NCBI GenBank assembly: GCA_903924465.1
Contig: CAIYBN010000145.1
Coordinates: 17,364-81,363 of the forward strand
Direction of reading: 5' to 3'
DNA length: 64,000 nt
Source of the DNA: an uncultured Myxococcales bacterium
GTDB taxonomy: Bacteria; Myxococcota_A; UBA9042
Below the pieces are notes generated by a model, which had not been told where the DNA came from, did not search any database, and saw only the letters and a program-made list of their open reading frames with translations. Positions 29,342 through 38,921 of this stretch are shown piece after piece. Both the position numbers and the translations under genes were made by a program. Positions within the stretch are counted from its first letter, which is position 1; each line of letters begins with the position of its first letter.

Positions 29342-32300
29342 CTACTGGGCAAACTCGATGGTCGCCTTCAGGCCGTCCACGCGCTTCTGCAGCTCTTTCT
29401 GCATGCCCTTGGGAGGATTCTTCAGCGCTTCGTCGCAATAATTCAGCGCGCGCTGCAGTTCTTTCTTGCCCGTCGTCAGCACCGCTTGGGCAATGACGCA
29501 GCGGTTGAAGCGCCATTCCGGCTTGGTCTCGTTGGCAGGGTCGCCCGCAACTTCGTCAAAATAATCAAGGGATTTCTTCACTTCTACCGGGTCGTCGCTC
29601 ACGCGCCGCTTGGCCACCGGCAACGTCGTCAGCGCCCAATAGTTGAAGGAATCGCGGTTGCGCACTTCCTGCAACAGGGCCAAGGTCTTCTCAAAGCCCA
29701 AGTTGTGCACTGTCACCGACGCCGCATTCAGCAGCGGCTCAGTCGCCTTCGGGTCCGCTTCCGCCGCCTTGCCAAAGCGCTCCAGCGCCTTCTGCGTCTC
29801 GCCCAACCGCAAGTGAGCAAGACCCAAAGCATTTTGCAGCGTTGCCGACTGCTTCAGCTCCGGCGCCTTCGCCATACCGACCGCGCCGACCAAAATCGCG
29901 TTGCGGTCCTGACCCAGCGCGTGGTGCGCCAACGCCATCTTCTCGTAGGCCTGGGCCAGCGGCGTCGGGCCCGCGGGCGCGGCATCAGCCACCACATCGC
30001 CAGCCGCCGGCTCGACCGCGATCGACGCCTTGGCGTTCTCCGCATCCGCGCCCAGCTCGTACAGCTTCAACCGCGAGGTCAGGATCGCGTCCTGCGGCTT
30101 CTGCGCGTCCGTCCACTTGTACGGCGTCAGCTCAACCGTCAGTTCCTTGATGTCGGAAATTTCCGCGAACTTCGTGTCCAGCGTCTTCAGGTTGTCGCGC
30201 GCTTCCGCCCAATAGTTGTCAAACGCGTACACTTCCGCGGCTTTCTTCAACGCTTCGCGGTAACGCTCGGTCGCAATCACCTTCTGCGGCGCGGCCTTTT
30301 CTGCCAACTGGCTGGCCCATTCCGACTTCAGCTCCTCGCTCTTGGCAAACTGCGGCGGCGCCGGAAGTTCCGTGATCGAGGTTGCAATGTCCTGGTGAAT
30401 CCGGCCACGTCGGCTCGCAGCCGCCGCCACCCAGCGCGGATTCTTGGAGTCCTCGACTTGGATGTAGAAGCCGTCGGCGATCGTTGCCGCCTTCGCCTTG
30501 GTCGCCACCAAATCCGCCGCCGCTTTGACGTCCTTCGCCTTGGTCTTGATCGCCTTGACCTTGTCGAACTCCAGTTCGCCGAGCATGAACACCGCTTGCG
30601 CCACAGCGTCCTTGCCGATCGGGTCCAACGCGCCCATCTTGTTCGCTTCGGCCAGCGCCTTGGCGCGCGCCAGCACCTCGTCGAACAGCTTCTTGCCGCG
30701 GTCGCCCTGGTTGAGCTTGTACTGCGCAGCGCCGGTGTTGACCATCGCGGCAAAGACCAAATGATCCGGCACGTTCAGGCCGCGCTTCAAGAATTTCTCC
30801 GACGCGTGAATGACGCCCTTGTAGTCGCCCTTTTGCTGGTACTGCACCGTCAGCTTGTAGGCCACATCGGCGCGCGAAGCATCGTCGCAGCCCTTGTTCT
30901 TGGCGTCCTTGGCGCAGCGCGCGAGGAACAATTCGCCGGATTCAACGACCTTGTCATACGCGCCCAAGCTCTCGTGGATCGCCTGCGACTTGTCCAATGC
31001 TTCCGCCGTCGCCTTGTGCTCCGGATAGGCTTTGACAAACGCCTCGTACGCGTCCGCCGCCGCCTCGTAATCACCAGATTCACGATAGATTTCGCCGATT
31101 TCAAACGTCGACTGGCCCGCGCGTTCGTCCTTCGGGTAGGCCTTGGCAAAGCTCTGGTAGGTGGCGATTTCGTCCTCGCGATGCTTGGCCTGGCGGTAGA
31201 ACTTCGCCGCGCCAATCAGCGCACGCGGCGCCGAGACCGCGTCCGGGAACGTCTGCTGGTACTTGACCAGGCACTGCGCGGCCTGCACCGGCTGTTCCTT
31301 CAACTCGATGCACTTGTTGTACTCTTCGTTCGCCTTGATCTCCGTCAGGGTCACTGCGAGCTTGCCGGTATTGCACTTGCCGGCCAACAGCTTGTCGGTC
31401 CAGTAGATCAGCTTTTTGCCGTCCTGGTTCAGGTTGAACGACGAAAGTGCCAGCCGCGCCGCGTCGCAGGCCAATTCGTGCTCCGGATAGCGCTCGAGCA
31501 TCGTCGCCAGCAGATCACCCGACTTCTGGAAGTAGTTGTGCTGATACCAGAGGCGACCGGCGACAAACAACGCTTCCGGCACGTCTTCGGTCGAGTTGTG
31601 CTTGAGCGCGATGCCGATGTAGCGCTCGCACGCGCTCGTCACCCGCTGTTCCTTGCTGTTCAGCGCAACGGGCCGCAAATCGGCATCGTCCAGACTCTTG
31701 GACTGCACTTCCGAATTCAGCCGTTCCAGCTTGTAATACGCGATGAATGCCCGGTGCGCCGCCGCTTCCGCGTACTTGCCGTTCGCGTCCTTGTCGATGA
31801 CCTTCTCATACGCGCCCGCCGACAGTTCCCAATACTCGTTGGCACGCGCCTGCAGCGCCGCGGCCTGCGCGGTCTGATTGCCCTTGCGCGCCTTCTCGGT
31901 GTCGCGCGACGCCTTGTCCGCCAGCTGGAACAGCGCCAACGCGTGGTTGTACAGCATGTCATAGCCGTGCTCACCGCCGCTGAAGTGCTCGCTGTAGACG
32001 CGGTAGATCTTCTCGGCCGACTCCAACGTCGGCATATTCAACGTATTTTCGTATTCGGAGTGCAGTGTCGACGCGATCTCCGCCATCAGCAGTTCCAGAC
32101 GCGCGGGCGGCTCGGCGCCCTGACGAATCGCGTTGCCGATCATCGTCGCCGAGAACACCGTCGCATCCAGATCGTGCAGCTTGTACGAGTTGTCCAGCCG
32201 CAGAACCATGAAGGTAATCAGGCGCTTGTCGTCTTTGGCAACGTCGATCAAGTCGTCCAACACGATGTTCGACTTGGTGAATTCCGACACGTCGATGTAG

Positions 32301-33304
32301 TGGCGCGCCAGCGCTTCCATCAGCAGCACTTCCGAACCTTCGGCCACCTTGTGGAAAAACGCGTTCGCATTCTTGGGGTTACCGTACTCGGCCCACGACT
32401 TGACCAGGTACTTCGTCGCGTCTTCGGCAAAGGTCACGCGGCCGTTGGCCTCTTTCTTGGAATAGTCCAGCACGCGCAGGAACTTGTTGACCGCCGTCTC
32501 CCATTTTTGCTGGTTGTAGTACACCCAGGAAATGTAATAGAGGCCCCAGCCGTAGACGCTGGAGTCGGGGAATTCAATGACTTTGTTGTACCAGCGCAAG
32601 GCTTCATCGCCCTGGTTTTTGCCGTAGTAGTAGTTGCCAATGCCCAGGTACGCGTCCGGCAGGAACTTCGACTTCGGCGTCTTGCGCACCAGCCGCATGT
32701 ACGCGTCCACAGACTCGCCCGCGCGATCGATTTCCGCCAGGTGAAAGCCCAGTGAATACAGGACTTCGTCCAGGTTCGCATACCGCGGGAAATTGCGCTC
32801 AATCCGCTTCAGGTGGTTGATCACGTCCAGCTTGGCGGCGCGCGACTTTTCCAGCCACTGGTCCTGGGTCACTTTCAGGCGCCGGCACGTGGCTTTGTCG
32901 CCGTTGGCTTCGCACTGCGAAATCGCGATCTCGAGTTCTTCGTCGTGCGCGTCGATTTCGTAGGCCTCGGCGCGGTCCCAAAGCACGTAGCTCAGTTCCA
33001 GCAACGTATCCGCTTCCGTGTCCGAACCGCGTTCGATCTCCAGCAGTTCGCCGAGAATCGCCAGCTCATCCTCGATGTCCTGGATGGTCTTGTTCTCTTT
33101 GGCACGCCGCTGTTCCGGCGCGCCCGGGCCGGGAGCCTTCTTGTCGTCAACCTTGGCTTCTTCAGACTTGGGCTCAGCCACGCGCTTGAACGTCGTGACT
33201 TCGCCCTTGTTCACCGCCTTGCCGGGCGTTTGGGCCCAAGCGGGCAGAGCGAGTGCGCCAGCGAGAACGAAGCCGATGAGGCGGAAGCAGGTCTTGCGCA
33301 TCAC
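29342..33304 (-). CDS. Very large (1320 aa) secreted TPR-repeat protein
   Basis: Signal peptide MMRKTCFRLIGFVLAGALALPAWA. Numerous TPR-like helical repeats (AYLGIGNYYYGKNQGDEALRWYNKVIEF...). Start ATG overlaps the stop of the upstream TPR gene (ATGA). Confidence 0.85.
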   Translation of the reverse strand: MMRKTCFRLIGFVLAGALALPAWAQTPGKAVNKGEVTTFKRVAEPKSEEAKVDDKKAPGPGAPEQRRAKENKTIQDIEDELAILGELLEIERGSDTEADTLLELSYVLWDRAEAYEIDAHDEELEIAISQCEANGDKATCRRLKVTQDQWLEKSRAAKLDVINHLKRIERNFPRYANLDEVLYSLGFHLAEIDRAGESVDAYMRLVRKTPKSKFLPDAYLGIGNYYYGKNQGDEALRWYNKVIEFPDSSVYGWGLYYISWVYYNQQKWETAVNKFLRVLDYSKKEANGRVTFAEDATKYLVKSWAEYGNPKNANAFFHKVAEGSEVLLMEALARHYIDVSEFTKSNIVLDDLIDVAKDDKRLITFMVLRLDNSYKLHDLDATVFSATMIGNAIRQGAEPPARLELLMAEIASTLHSEYENTLNMPTLESAEKIYRVYSEHFSGGEHGYDMLYNHALALFQLADKASRDTEKARKGNQTAQAAALQARANEYWELSAGAYEKVIDKDANGKYAEAAAHRAFIAYYKLERLNSEVQSKSLDDADLRPVALNSKEQRVTSACERYIGIALKHNSTEDVPEALFVAGRLWYQHNYFQKSGDLLATMLERYPEHELACDAARLALSSFNLNQDGKKLIYWTDKLLAGKCNTGKLAVTLTEIKANEEYNKCIELKEQPVQAAQCLVKYQQTFPDAVSAPRALIGAAKFYRQAKHREDEIATYQSFAKAYPKDERAGQSTFEIGEIYRESGDYEAAADAYEAFVKAYPEHKATAEALDKSQAIHESLGAYDKVVESGELFLARCAKDAKNKGCDDASRADVAYKLTVQYQQKGDYKGVIHASEKFLKRGLNVPDHLVFAAMVNTGAAQYKLNQGDRGKKLFDEVLARAKALAEANKMGALDPIGKDAVAQAVFMLGELEFDKVKAIKTKAKDVKAAADLVATKAKAATIADGFYIQVEDSKNPRWVAAAASRRGRIHQDIATSITELPAPPQFAKSEELKSEWASQLAEKAAPQKVIATERYREALKKAAEVYAFDNYWAEARDNLKTLDTKFAEISDIKELTVELTPYKWTDAQKPQDAILTSRLKLYELGADAENAKASIAVEPAAGDVVADAAPAGPTPLAQAYEKMALAHHALGQDRNAILVGAVGMAKAPELKQSATLQNALGLAHLRLGETQKALERFGKAAEADPKATEPLLNAASVTVHNLGFEKTLALLQEVRNRDSFNYWALTTLPVAKRRVSDDPVEVKKSLDYFDEVAGDPANETKPEWRFNRCVIAQAVLTTGKKELQRALNYCDEALKNPPKGMQKELQKRVDGLKATIEFAQ

Positions 33305-35145
33305 GGACTCTCCGTTTTCGGGGCGGTGTCGGGCGTTACCGGTGCAGGATCAGGCGCTTTCGGCGCTTCATTCGCCTTGGGCGCGGGTTCGTCGCCCCAA
33401 TCCGCCTTCGCCGGTGCTTCCGTCTTGCCGGCTGCGGACGGCGCGGCCGCCGGTGCAGGTTCAGCCTTGTCAGCACCCGCCGCGCCTGCTTTCTTCAGCG
33501 CAGCTCCGCCTTTGCCTTTGAGCTTGGCAGCCTTCGAGTTGTCCTTCGGCATCTCATTGGATGAGCAACGCGACCGCGTGTCGTACGTATACCCGCCGAG
33601 TTCATCCTTCCAGTAGGTTCCGTCAAATGGCCACACCACGTGTTCGGTATCCTCTTCGCGCGCCTCGCTGACCGCCAACGCCGTGTCCGCCATGTCCTTG
33701 CGCACGCTCGCGCTGATCGAACCGCGCCCCGCCTTCATCGATTCATACTTGATGCGCAGACCCTGACGAATGATTTCCGTCAGATCCTCGCGCACCCGCG
33801 TCAGCCGCGCCCGCGCCAGACCGCCCGCCTCGGACACCATGACCGCGCGAATCCGGCCCATGTCCTCGTACAGCTGCTTGGCCGCTGCCGAGGCGGTCGT
33901 ATTGCGTTCCAGCTTCTCCAGCCCTTCCATTTCGGAATTCGCCAGTAGCACCGAGCCGAACGATCGCTGCAGGTGCTTGTCGTTCAGTGCGGCATTGAAG
34001 ATGCGCCGCAATTGCACGGAAAGTTTGGCCTTTTGGCCGGCAAGCGCCGCCAGATAGTCGTAGAATTCCGCGTCCGAGCGCTGGCCCGACAGCTGTGCGT
34101 CCAGCTCTTTCTTCAACGGCTTGTAATCGCGCAGGAAGCGCTGCACCGTCACCAGCGTTTCCTTGAACCGGCACGTACGGAAGAGAATCAGCGCCTCGAG
34201 CACCTGACCTTCCGGGTAGTAGCGATCCTCAAAATACGGCGAATTCAGCGTGTGCAAGGAGCCCAGCACGCGGTCGACGCGATTCAGTTGGAAATAGGTC
34301 CAGCCGAGCTCAAACAGCGAATCAAGCCACTGCGACGTGCCCTCTTCGACGCGATCGTAGTACTTGACCGCCGTATCGTACTGGCCGATCGAGTAGAACA
34401 ATCGTCCGAGCGACATCGACGCCAAGTCTCTGTATGTCTTGTAATATTTCGGATTGCCGACCTGCTCTTCAAAACGCAGCAGATCCTTGAAGGCTTCCAA
34501 CGCCGGCTGCGCCTGATTCAGGTACACAAACGTGACACCCAGCAGGTGCTTGGCCTTCAGGTAGGTCTCGCCCGCCGCCGGCCGCAGCGCGGTCAGCTGG
34601 CCGATCGCCTTGCCAAATGCGTCCTTACACTGCTCGTTGCATTGACCATGGGCCAGCGCGTAGCTCTGCTCGCCAATCGAAAAGTAGTAACGTCCGACGA
34701 GGAAGCGCACTTCATCCGCATCGTCCTTGCGCAGCGTGCCTTCCGGTGCGTCGATCAGCCGCTCCACGGTCGCCAGATCACCAGGCACGTTGCGTTGGAT
34801 TTGCAGGTAGTATCGCATCTTTTCGCGATACAGCGGGTGCTCGGGTGGCACCATCACCGCGTCAAACGCACGCAAGGCGGACTGGTACAGGTTCAGGCCA
34901 AAGAGGGCGCGAGCCAACAGAAATTGCCCCAGCGCCTTGTCCGGATCGTCCGGCGCCATCGTCGGAACGAGGTCGGCGAGCTTGGAGAACGCGTCGTAGT
35001 AGCGCTCATCGGTCACCAATTCTTTGGCGGCAGCGACATCCGAATTCTGGATCGCGGGTCCACGCGTGTTCTGTGCACCGGCCGGCGATGCCACAGCGGT
35101 GCCCAAGGCGACTGCCAGCAGCGACAGCACAGCCCGACGCAGCAT
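33301..35145 (-). CDS. Secreted TPR-repeat protein (about 614 aa) with Pro/Ala/Lys-rich C-terminal tail
   Basis: Start chosen at MLRRAVLSLLAVALGTAVASPAGA (signal peptide). TPR-like repeats. C-terminal low-complexity AKLKGKGGAALKKAGAAGADKAEPAPAAAP. Confidence 0.75.
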   Translation of the reverse strand: MLRRAVLSLLAVALGTAVASPAGAQNTRGPAIQNSDVAAAKELVTDERYYDAFSKLADLVPTMAPDDPDKALGQFLLARALFGLNLYQSALRAFDAVMVPPEHPLYREKMRYYLQIQRNVPGDLATVERLIDAPEGTLRKDDADEVRFLVGRYYFSIGEQSYALAHGQCNEQCKDAFGKAIGQLTALRPAAGETYLKAKHLLGVTFVYLNQAQPALEAFKDLLRFEEQVGNPKYYKTYRDLASMSLGRLFYSIGQYDTAVKYYDRVEEGTSQWLDSLFELGWTYFQLNRVDRVLGSLHTLNSPYFEDRYYPEGQVLEALILFRTCRFKETLVTVQRFLRDYKPLKKELDAQLSGQRSDAEFYDYLAALAGQKAKLSVQLRRIFNAALNDKHLQRSFGSVLLANSEMEGLEKLERNTTASAAAKQLYEDMGRIRAVMVSEAGGLARARLTRVREDLTEIIRQGLRIKYESMKAGRGSISASVRKDMADTALAVSEAREEDTEHVVWPFDGTYWKDELGGYTYDTRSRCSSNEMPKDNSKAAKLKGKGGAALKKAGAAGADKAEPAPAAAPSAAGKTEAPAKADWGDEPAPKANEAPKAPDPAPVTPDTAPKTESP

Positions 35146-35286
35146 GTGGCGGAGCGAATTCACAGGCTGGCTGGTCAGGTTCACAAGCTGGCTGGTCACG
35201 AACGGCACCTCGCGCGCGGTCTCAAACGCGGGAGTATAGCTTGGCTGTGCCTGCGGGGGAAGGGCGCGAAAAGGTCGGCGCCGCAT

Positions 35287-35598
35287 TCATTCCGACCGCG
35301 CGACCGCGACCACTTTGGCCAGCACCGACGCCAGATCCGCCGCGATGTCGACGCGCTTGTCCCGGGACGTTTCACCGGCACCCAAAGTGACGGCACGCTT
35401 GGGCACGTCGAGCCACTGCGCGACAAAGGCGCAGAGCGCTGCGTTGGCCTTGCCGTCAACGGGCGGCGCCTGGACCGCAATCTTCAAGCGATCGCCGTGC
35501 ATGCCGACGACCTGACTCACCTTGGCGCCCGGCTGCGCGCGCACGGCCAAGCGCACGGCGCCGTCCTTGCCACTGATTGCCGGATGCTGCGTTGCCAT
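35287..35598 (-). CDS. yggU: DUF167/YggU-family protein
   Basis: 103 aa. LKIAVQAPPVDGKANAALCAFVAQWL, typical DUF167. Start abuts the ruvB stop. Confidence 0.8.
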   Translation of the reverse strand: MATQHPAISGKDGAVRLAVRAQPGAKVSQVVGMHGDRLKIAVQAPPVDGKANAALCAFVAQWLDVPKRAVTLGAGETSRDKRVDIAADLASVLAKVVAVARSE

Positions 35599-36636
35599 TC
35601 AGAACAGGTTGCCTTGACCCGCGTCGTCGTCTTTTCGGGCGGGCACGGGCAGTCCCAGATGCAGCCATGCCGCCGCGAGCGCCACACGACCGCGCGGCGT
35701 TCGGGCGATGTAGCCCTGCTGCACCAGATACGGCTCGTAAACGTCCTCCAGCGTGTCGCGCTGTTCGCCCAGCGCCGCCGCCATTGTCTCCACACCCACC
35801 GGCCCGCCGCCAAACAGCTGCGTCAACTTCTGCAGGTAGGCGCGGTCCATCGGATCGAAGCCAGCCTCGTCAATCTCCAGCATTTTCAGCGCACGCGCGG
35901 CAACGGCTTGGGTAATCTTGGGCGTGTCGTTGACGTCCGCAAAGTCGCGCAAACGCCGCAACAGCCGATTGGCAATCCGCGGCGTGCCACGCGAACGCCG
36001 GGCAATTTCCGCAGCACCCGCCGGGTCCAACTGAATACCGAGCAACTGCGCGGATCGCTTCAGCACAGTCGCCAGCTCTTCGGGCGAATAGAAGTTCAGG
36101 CGCGCCACGTAGCCAAAGCGATCGCGCAGCGGACCCGTCAGCAGGCCGGTCCGCGTCGTCGCGCCGAGCAAGGTGAAACGCGGCAGCGGCAGCTTGACCG
36201 TGCGGGCGTGCGGACCGTCGCCGACGACGATGTCGAAGCGGAAATCCTCCATCGCCGGGTACAGGTTCTCTTCCACGACGGCGGACAAGCGGTGGATCTC
36301 GTCGATGAACAACACGTCGCCTTCTTGCAAGCCCGTGAGAATACCCGCCAGATCGCCCTTTTTCTCGACCGCCGGACCGGACGTCACCACCAGATTCGCA
36401 CGCATTTCGCTGGCAATGATGTTCGCCAGTGTCGTCTTGCCCAGCCCCGGCGGACCGGAGAACAGCATGTGGTCCAACGGCTCGCCGCGCATTTTCGCCG
36501 CTGCGAGGAAGACCTGCAGGTTGTCCAAGACGGGTTTTTGTCCCACGTAATCGGCAAAAGCCCGCGGCCGCAGCGCGCGATCGGCGGTGTCCGTCACGTG
36601 CGGCAAAGGGGTCAGAACGTCGTCATCGGGCCGCAT
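35599..36636 (-). CDS. ruvB: Holliday junction branch migration ATPase RuvB
   Basis: 345 aa. Walker [12 protein letters not shown]. RuvB signature LFIDEIHRL. Confidence 0.96.
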   Translation of the reverse strand: MRPDDDVLTPLPHVTDTADRALRPRAFADYVGQKPVLDNLQVFLAAAKMRGEPLDHMLFSGPPGLGKTTLANIIASEMRANLVVTSGPAVEKKGDLAGILTGLQEGDVLFIDEIHRLSAVVEENLYPAMEDFRFDIVVGDGPHARTVKLPLPRFTLLGATTRTGLLTGPLRDRFGYVARLNFYSPEELATVLKRSAQLLGIQLDPAGAAEIARRSRGTPRIANRLLRRLRDFADVNDTPKITQAVAARALKMLEIDEAGFDPMDRAYLQKLTQLFGGGPVGVETMAAALGEQRDTLEDVYEPYLVQQGYIARTPRGRVALAAAWLHLGLPVPARKDDDAGQGNLF

Positions 36637-36654
36637 GGGCTGCCTTCCTCAAGT

Positions 36655-37263
36655 TCAGGTCACGGGCCGACGCAGCGACGCCAGCGCCACACGCAGCAAA
36701 GCGTCAAAGTTCGCGGCGGGCTGCAGCGCACGGGCCTGCGTGACCGCCTCCTGCGCCACGTTGGGCCGATAGCCCAGGTTCTGCAGCGCGCTGAGCACCT
36801 CGGCCGCCGCGGGATCGTCGCTCGCCCGGGGTCGGGCCGCAATCACGGCGATATCCTCCAACGCCACCGGCAACTTGTCCTTGAGTTTCAGCAGGATCAA
36901 GTCTGCGAGTTTCTTGCCGACACCTTTGGCCTTGGTGAGGTCCGCCGCATTCTGACGGTGGATGGCGCTCGCCAACTGCCCTGGCGTCCAGGTCGACAAC
37001 AGCGCCATGGCGGCTTTTGGACCCACGCCCGGAACGGCCGTCAGCGCGTCGTAGACGTCGCGATCGGCGGCGTTGCAAAAACCATAGAGTGTCAACGCAT
37101 CTTCGCGCACAGTCATGCGAACGTGCAGGACCATGGGCTCGTTCAGTTGCGCGCGCTCGGCGTCGCGTTCGTGGACAAAGACCTGATAGCCCACGCCATG
37201 CACGTCCAACACAAGGTGATCGCCGCCCTGCCAGCGGGTGATTCCAGAGAGCCAAGCAATCAT
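36655..37263 (-). CDS. ruvA: Holliday junction DNA helicase RuvA
   Basis: 202 aa. MIAWLSGITRWQGGDHLVLDVHGVGYQV..., HhH motifs (VPGVGPKAAMALL). Confidence 0.93.
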   Translation of the reverse strand: MIAWLSGITRWQGGDHLVLDVHGVGYQVFVHERDAERAQLNEPMVLHVRMTVREDALTLYGFCNAADRDVYDALTAVPGVGPKAAMALLSTWTPGQLASAIHRQNAADLTKAKGVGKKLADLILLKLKDKLPVALEDIAVIAARPRASDDPAAAEVLSALQNLGYRPNVAQEAVTQARALQPAANFDALLRVALASLRRPVT

Positions 37264-37820
37264 GCGGACTTCCGTTTGCTGGCAGCCGTTGCAGCCAGCC
37301 AGGCTTTCTGCGCTTCGGTCAGGTCGGACGCGGCCGCGACCGGCAACGGCTGCCGGTGGTACGTGATCGCAACCGCCAGCGCATCGGCTTCGTCTTCCTG
37401 CGGCAAGGTGGCCAACGCCAGCTGCAGCTTGACCATCTCCTGCATTTGCGACTTCTCCGCGCGACCCGAGCCGACGACCATCCGCTTCACCGTCGCGGGC
37501 GGGAACTCGGCGACCGGTAGACCGCGAGCCGCCGCGAGAGCAATCGGCAATCCGCGCGCTTGACCCAACACCAGCGCGGTGTGCGGATTTTCGTGGACAA
37601 ACGCCGCCTCAATCGCCAGCGCATCGGGCTGGTGCAATTCGAAAAGCTTCGTGAGTTCGGTCAAAATCACGCCAAGGCGCTCCGGCAAGGACGCCTTGAC
37701 GTCCAGCCGCAAGGTGCCGCTCGCCAGCCGCTCCAGCGTTTGACCGCGACGCAGCACGACCGCCCAGCCCAGCTTGCGCGAGCCCGGATCAATCGCCAGC
37801 ACTGTATGGGTCGTCGCCAC
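37260..37820 (-). CDS. ruvC: Crossover junction endodeoxyribonuclease RuvC
   Basis: 186 aa. VLAIDPGSRKLGWAV... RNase H-like fold with catalytic acidic residues. 4-nt overlap with ruvA. Confidence 0.93.
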   Translation of the reverse strand: MATTHTVLAIDPGSRKLGWAVVLRRGQTLERLASGTLRLDVKASLPERLGVILTELTKLFELHQPDALAIEAAFVHENPHTALVLGQARGLPIALAAARGLPVAEFPPATVKRMVVGSGRAEKSQMQEMVKLQLALATLPQEDEADALAVAITYHRQPLPVAAASDLTEAQKAWLAATAASKRKSA

Positions 37821-37895
37821 GTTGGCCTCCAGATGTCGAGCCTACACCGCGCCCGCCGCGTTGCACAGAATGGTCGCTGATCGTACCTTGGCGCC

Positions 37896-38921
37896 ATGAC
37901 CTACCGCATCGTGTTTTTGTCGATCGTGTGCTTGCTGGGCTGTCAGCGTTCCCCGCGACCGACCGTGCAGCCAGCCAGTTCGCCCCTGCCAGTGGCCGCG
38001 GCGCAAGTGGCGCTGCCGTGGACGGCGACCCAGACGGAGCCGCCTGCCGTGGAACCGCTGGGCCAGGTCGTTGCCTCACTTCGCGCACGTGCAACGCCAG
38101 AGGGCATGGCGCACATCGCGGAGCTGCTGACGCCAGCCTCGGTTGAACGGTTGCGCCAGCCCTCCGGCGTACTGGCGATCCTGCCGGTGACGCTCCAGTC
38201 GCAGTTGGCTGGGCCATTTGACCGGGTTTACCTGGACGGTGGTCGTGCCGCGCTGCACAGCCAACTCGTCGGCTTCGGCCGCACAGCGTGGTTCTACCTC
38301 CGCAATGGCCATTGGCTCCTGGATGCGGCCAACACGGCAAACTGGCGTCCGGCCGATCCGGGCCCGCCCGATCCACAGAACCAGCCGATTACCCTCGCGG
38401 AAGCGCTCATCGACGTGCAAGGTCAGGGCGCGCTTTACGCTGTGTTGCAAACGAGCCAAGGGACGGTGCGTTGCCTCTTGTTGGAAAAGGAAGTTCCCGA
38501 CTTGGTGGCGCATTTTGTCGGGCTCGCCCGCGGCAAACGGGCCTGGCGCGCTCCCGATGGCGTCTGGCAGCACACGCCGTTCTACGACGGACGCCAGTTC
38601 CACCGCGCCTTGGCCGGCATCTGGGCCGTCACGGGCGATCCCAGCCAGAAGGGCACGGGGCACGCCGGCTTTCACATCGCTGACGTGCTGCGTTTGGATC
38701 TCCGCCATGACAAGCCCGGCATGCTGTCGTTTGTCACGCTGGGCCAGGCCAACTCGGCGTCGTCGCAGATCGCGCTCTTTGCCAAGCCTGCCGCGTGGGC
38801 CGATGATCAGCATCTGCCGTTCGGCTTGTGTCAGGAAATCGACGTGATCGAGGCGCTCAGTCAACAACCGCCGCGTTCCCAGCTGCTGCAGCGGGTGACG
38901 ATCCAGCGGGGGCTGCAGTAG
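37896..38921 (+). CDS. Lipoprotein with C-terminal cyclophilin-type peptidyl-prolyl cis-trans isomerase domain
   Basis: Lipobox MTYRIVFLSIVCLLGC. C-terminal FHRALAGIWAVTGDPSQKGTGHAGFHIADV...GMLSFVTLGQANSASSQIALFAKP, matching cyclophilin motifs. Confidence 0.85.
   Translation: MTYRIVFLSIVCLLGCQRSPRPTVQPASSPLPVAAAQVALPWTATQTEPPAVEPLGQVVASLRARATPEGMAHIAELLTPASVERLRQPSGVLAILPVTLQSQLAGPFDRVYLDGGRAALHSQLVGFGRTAWFYLRNGHWLLDAANTANWRPADPGPPDPQNQPITLAEALIDVQGQGALYAVLQTSQGTVRCLLLEKEVPDLVAHFVGLARGKRAWRAPDGVWQHTPFYDGRQFHRALAGIWAVTGDPSQKGTGHAGFHIADVLRLDLRHDKPGMLSFVTLGQANSASSQIALFAKPAAWADDQHLPFGLCQEIDVIEALSQQPPRSQLLQRVTIQRGLQ

Noticed and set aside
29120-37563. Plus-strand ORFs of 1211 and 1196 aa
   Set aside because: Antisense to the TPR genes, yggU and ruvBA. 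Arg/Leu/Gln-rich artefactual frames.
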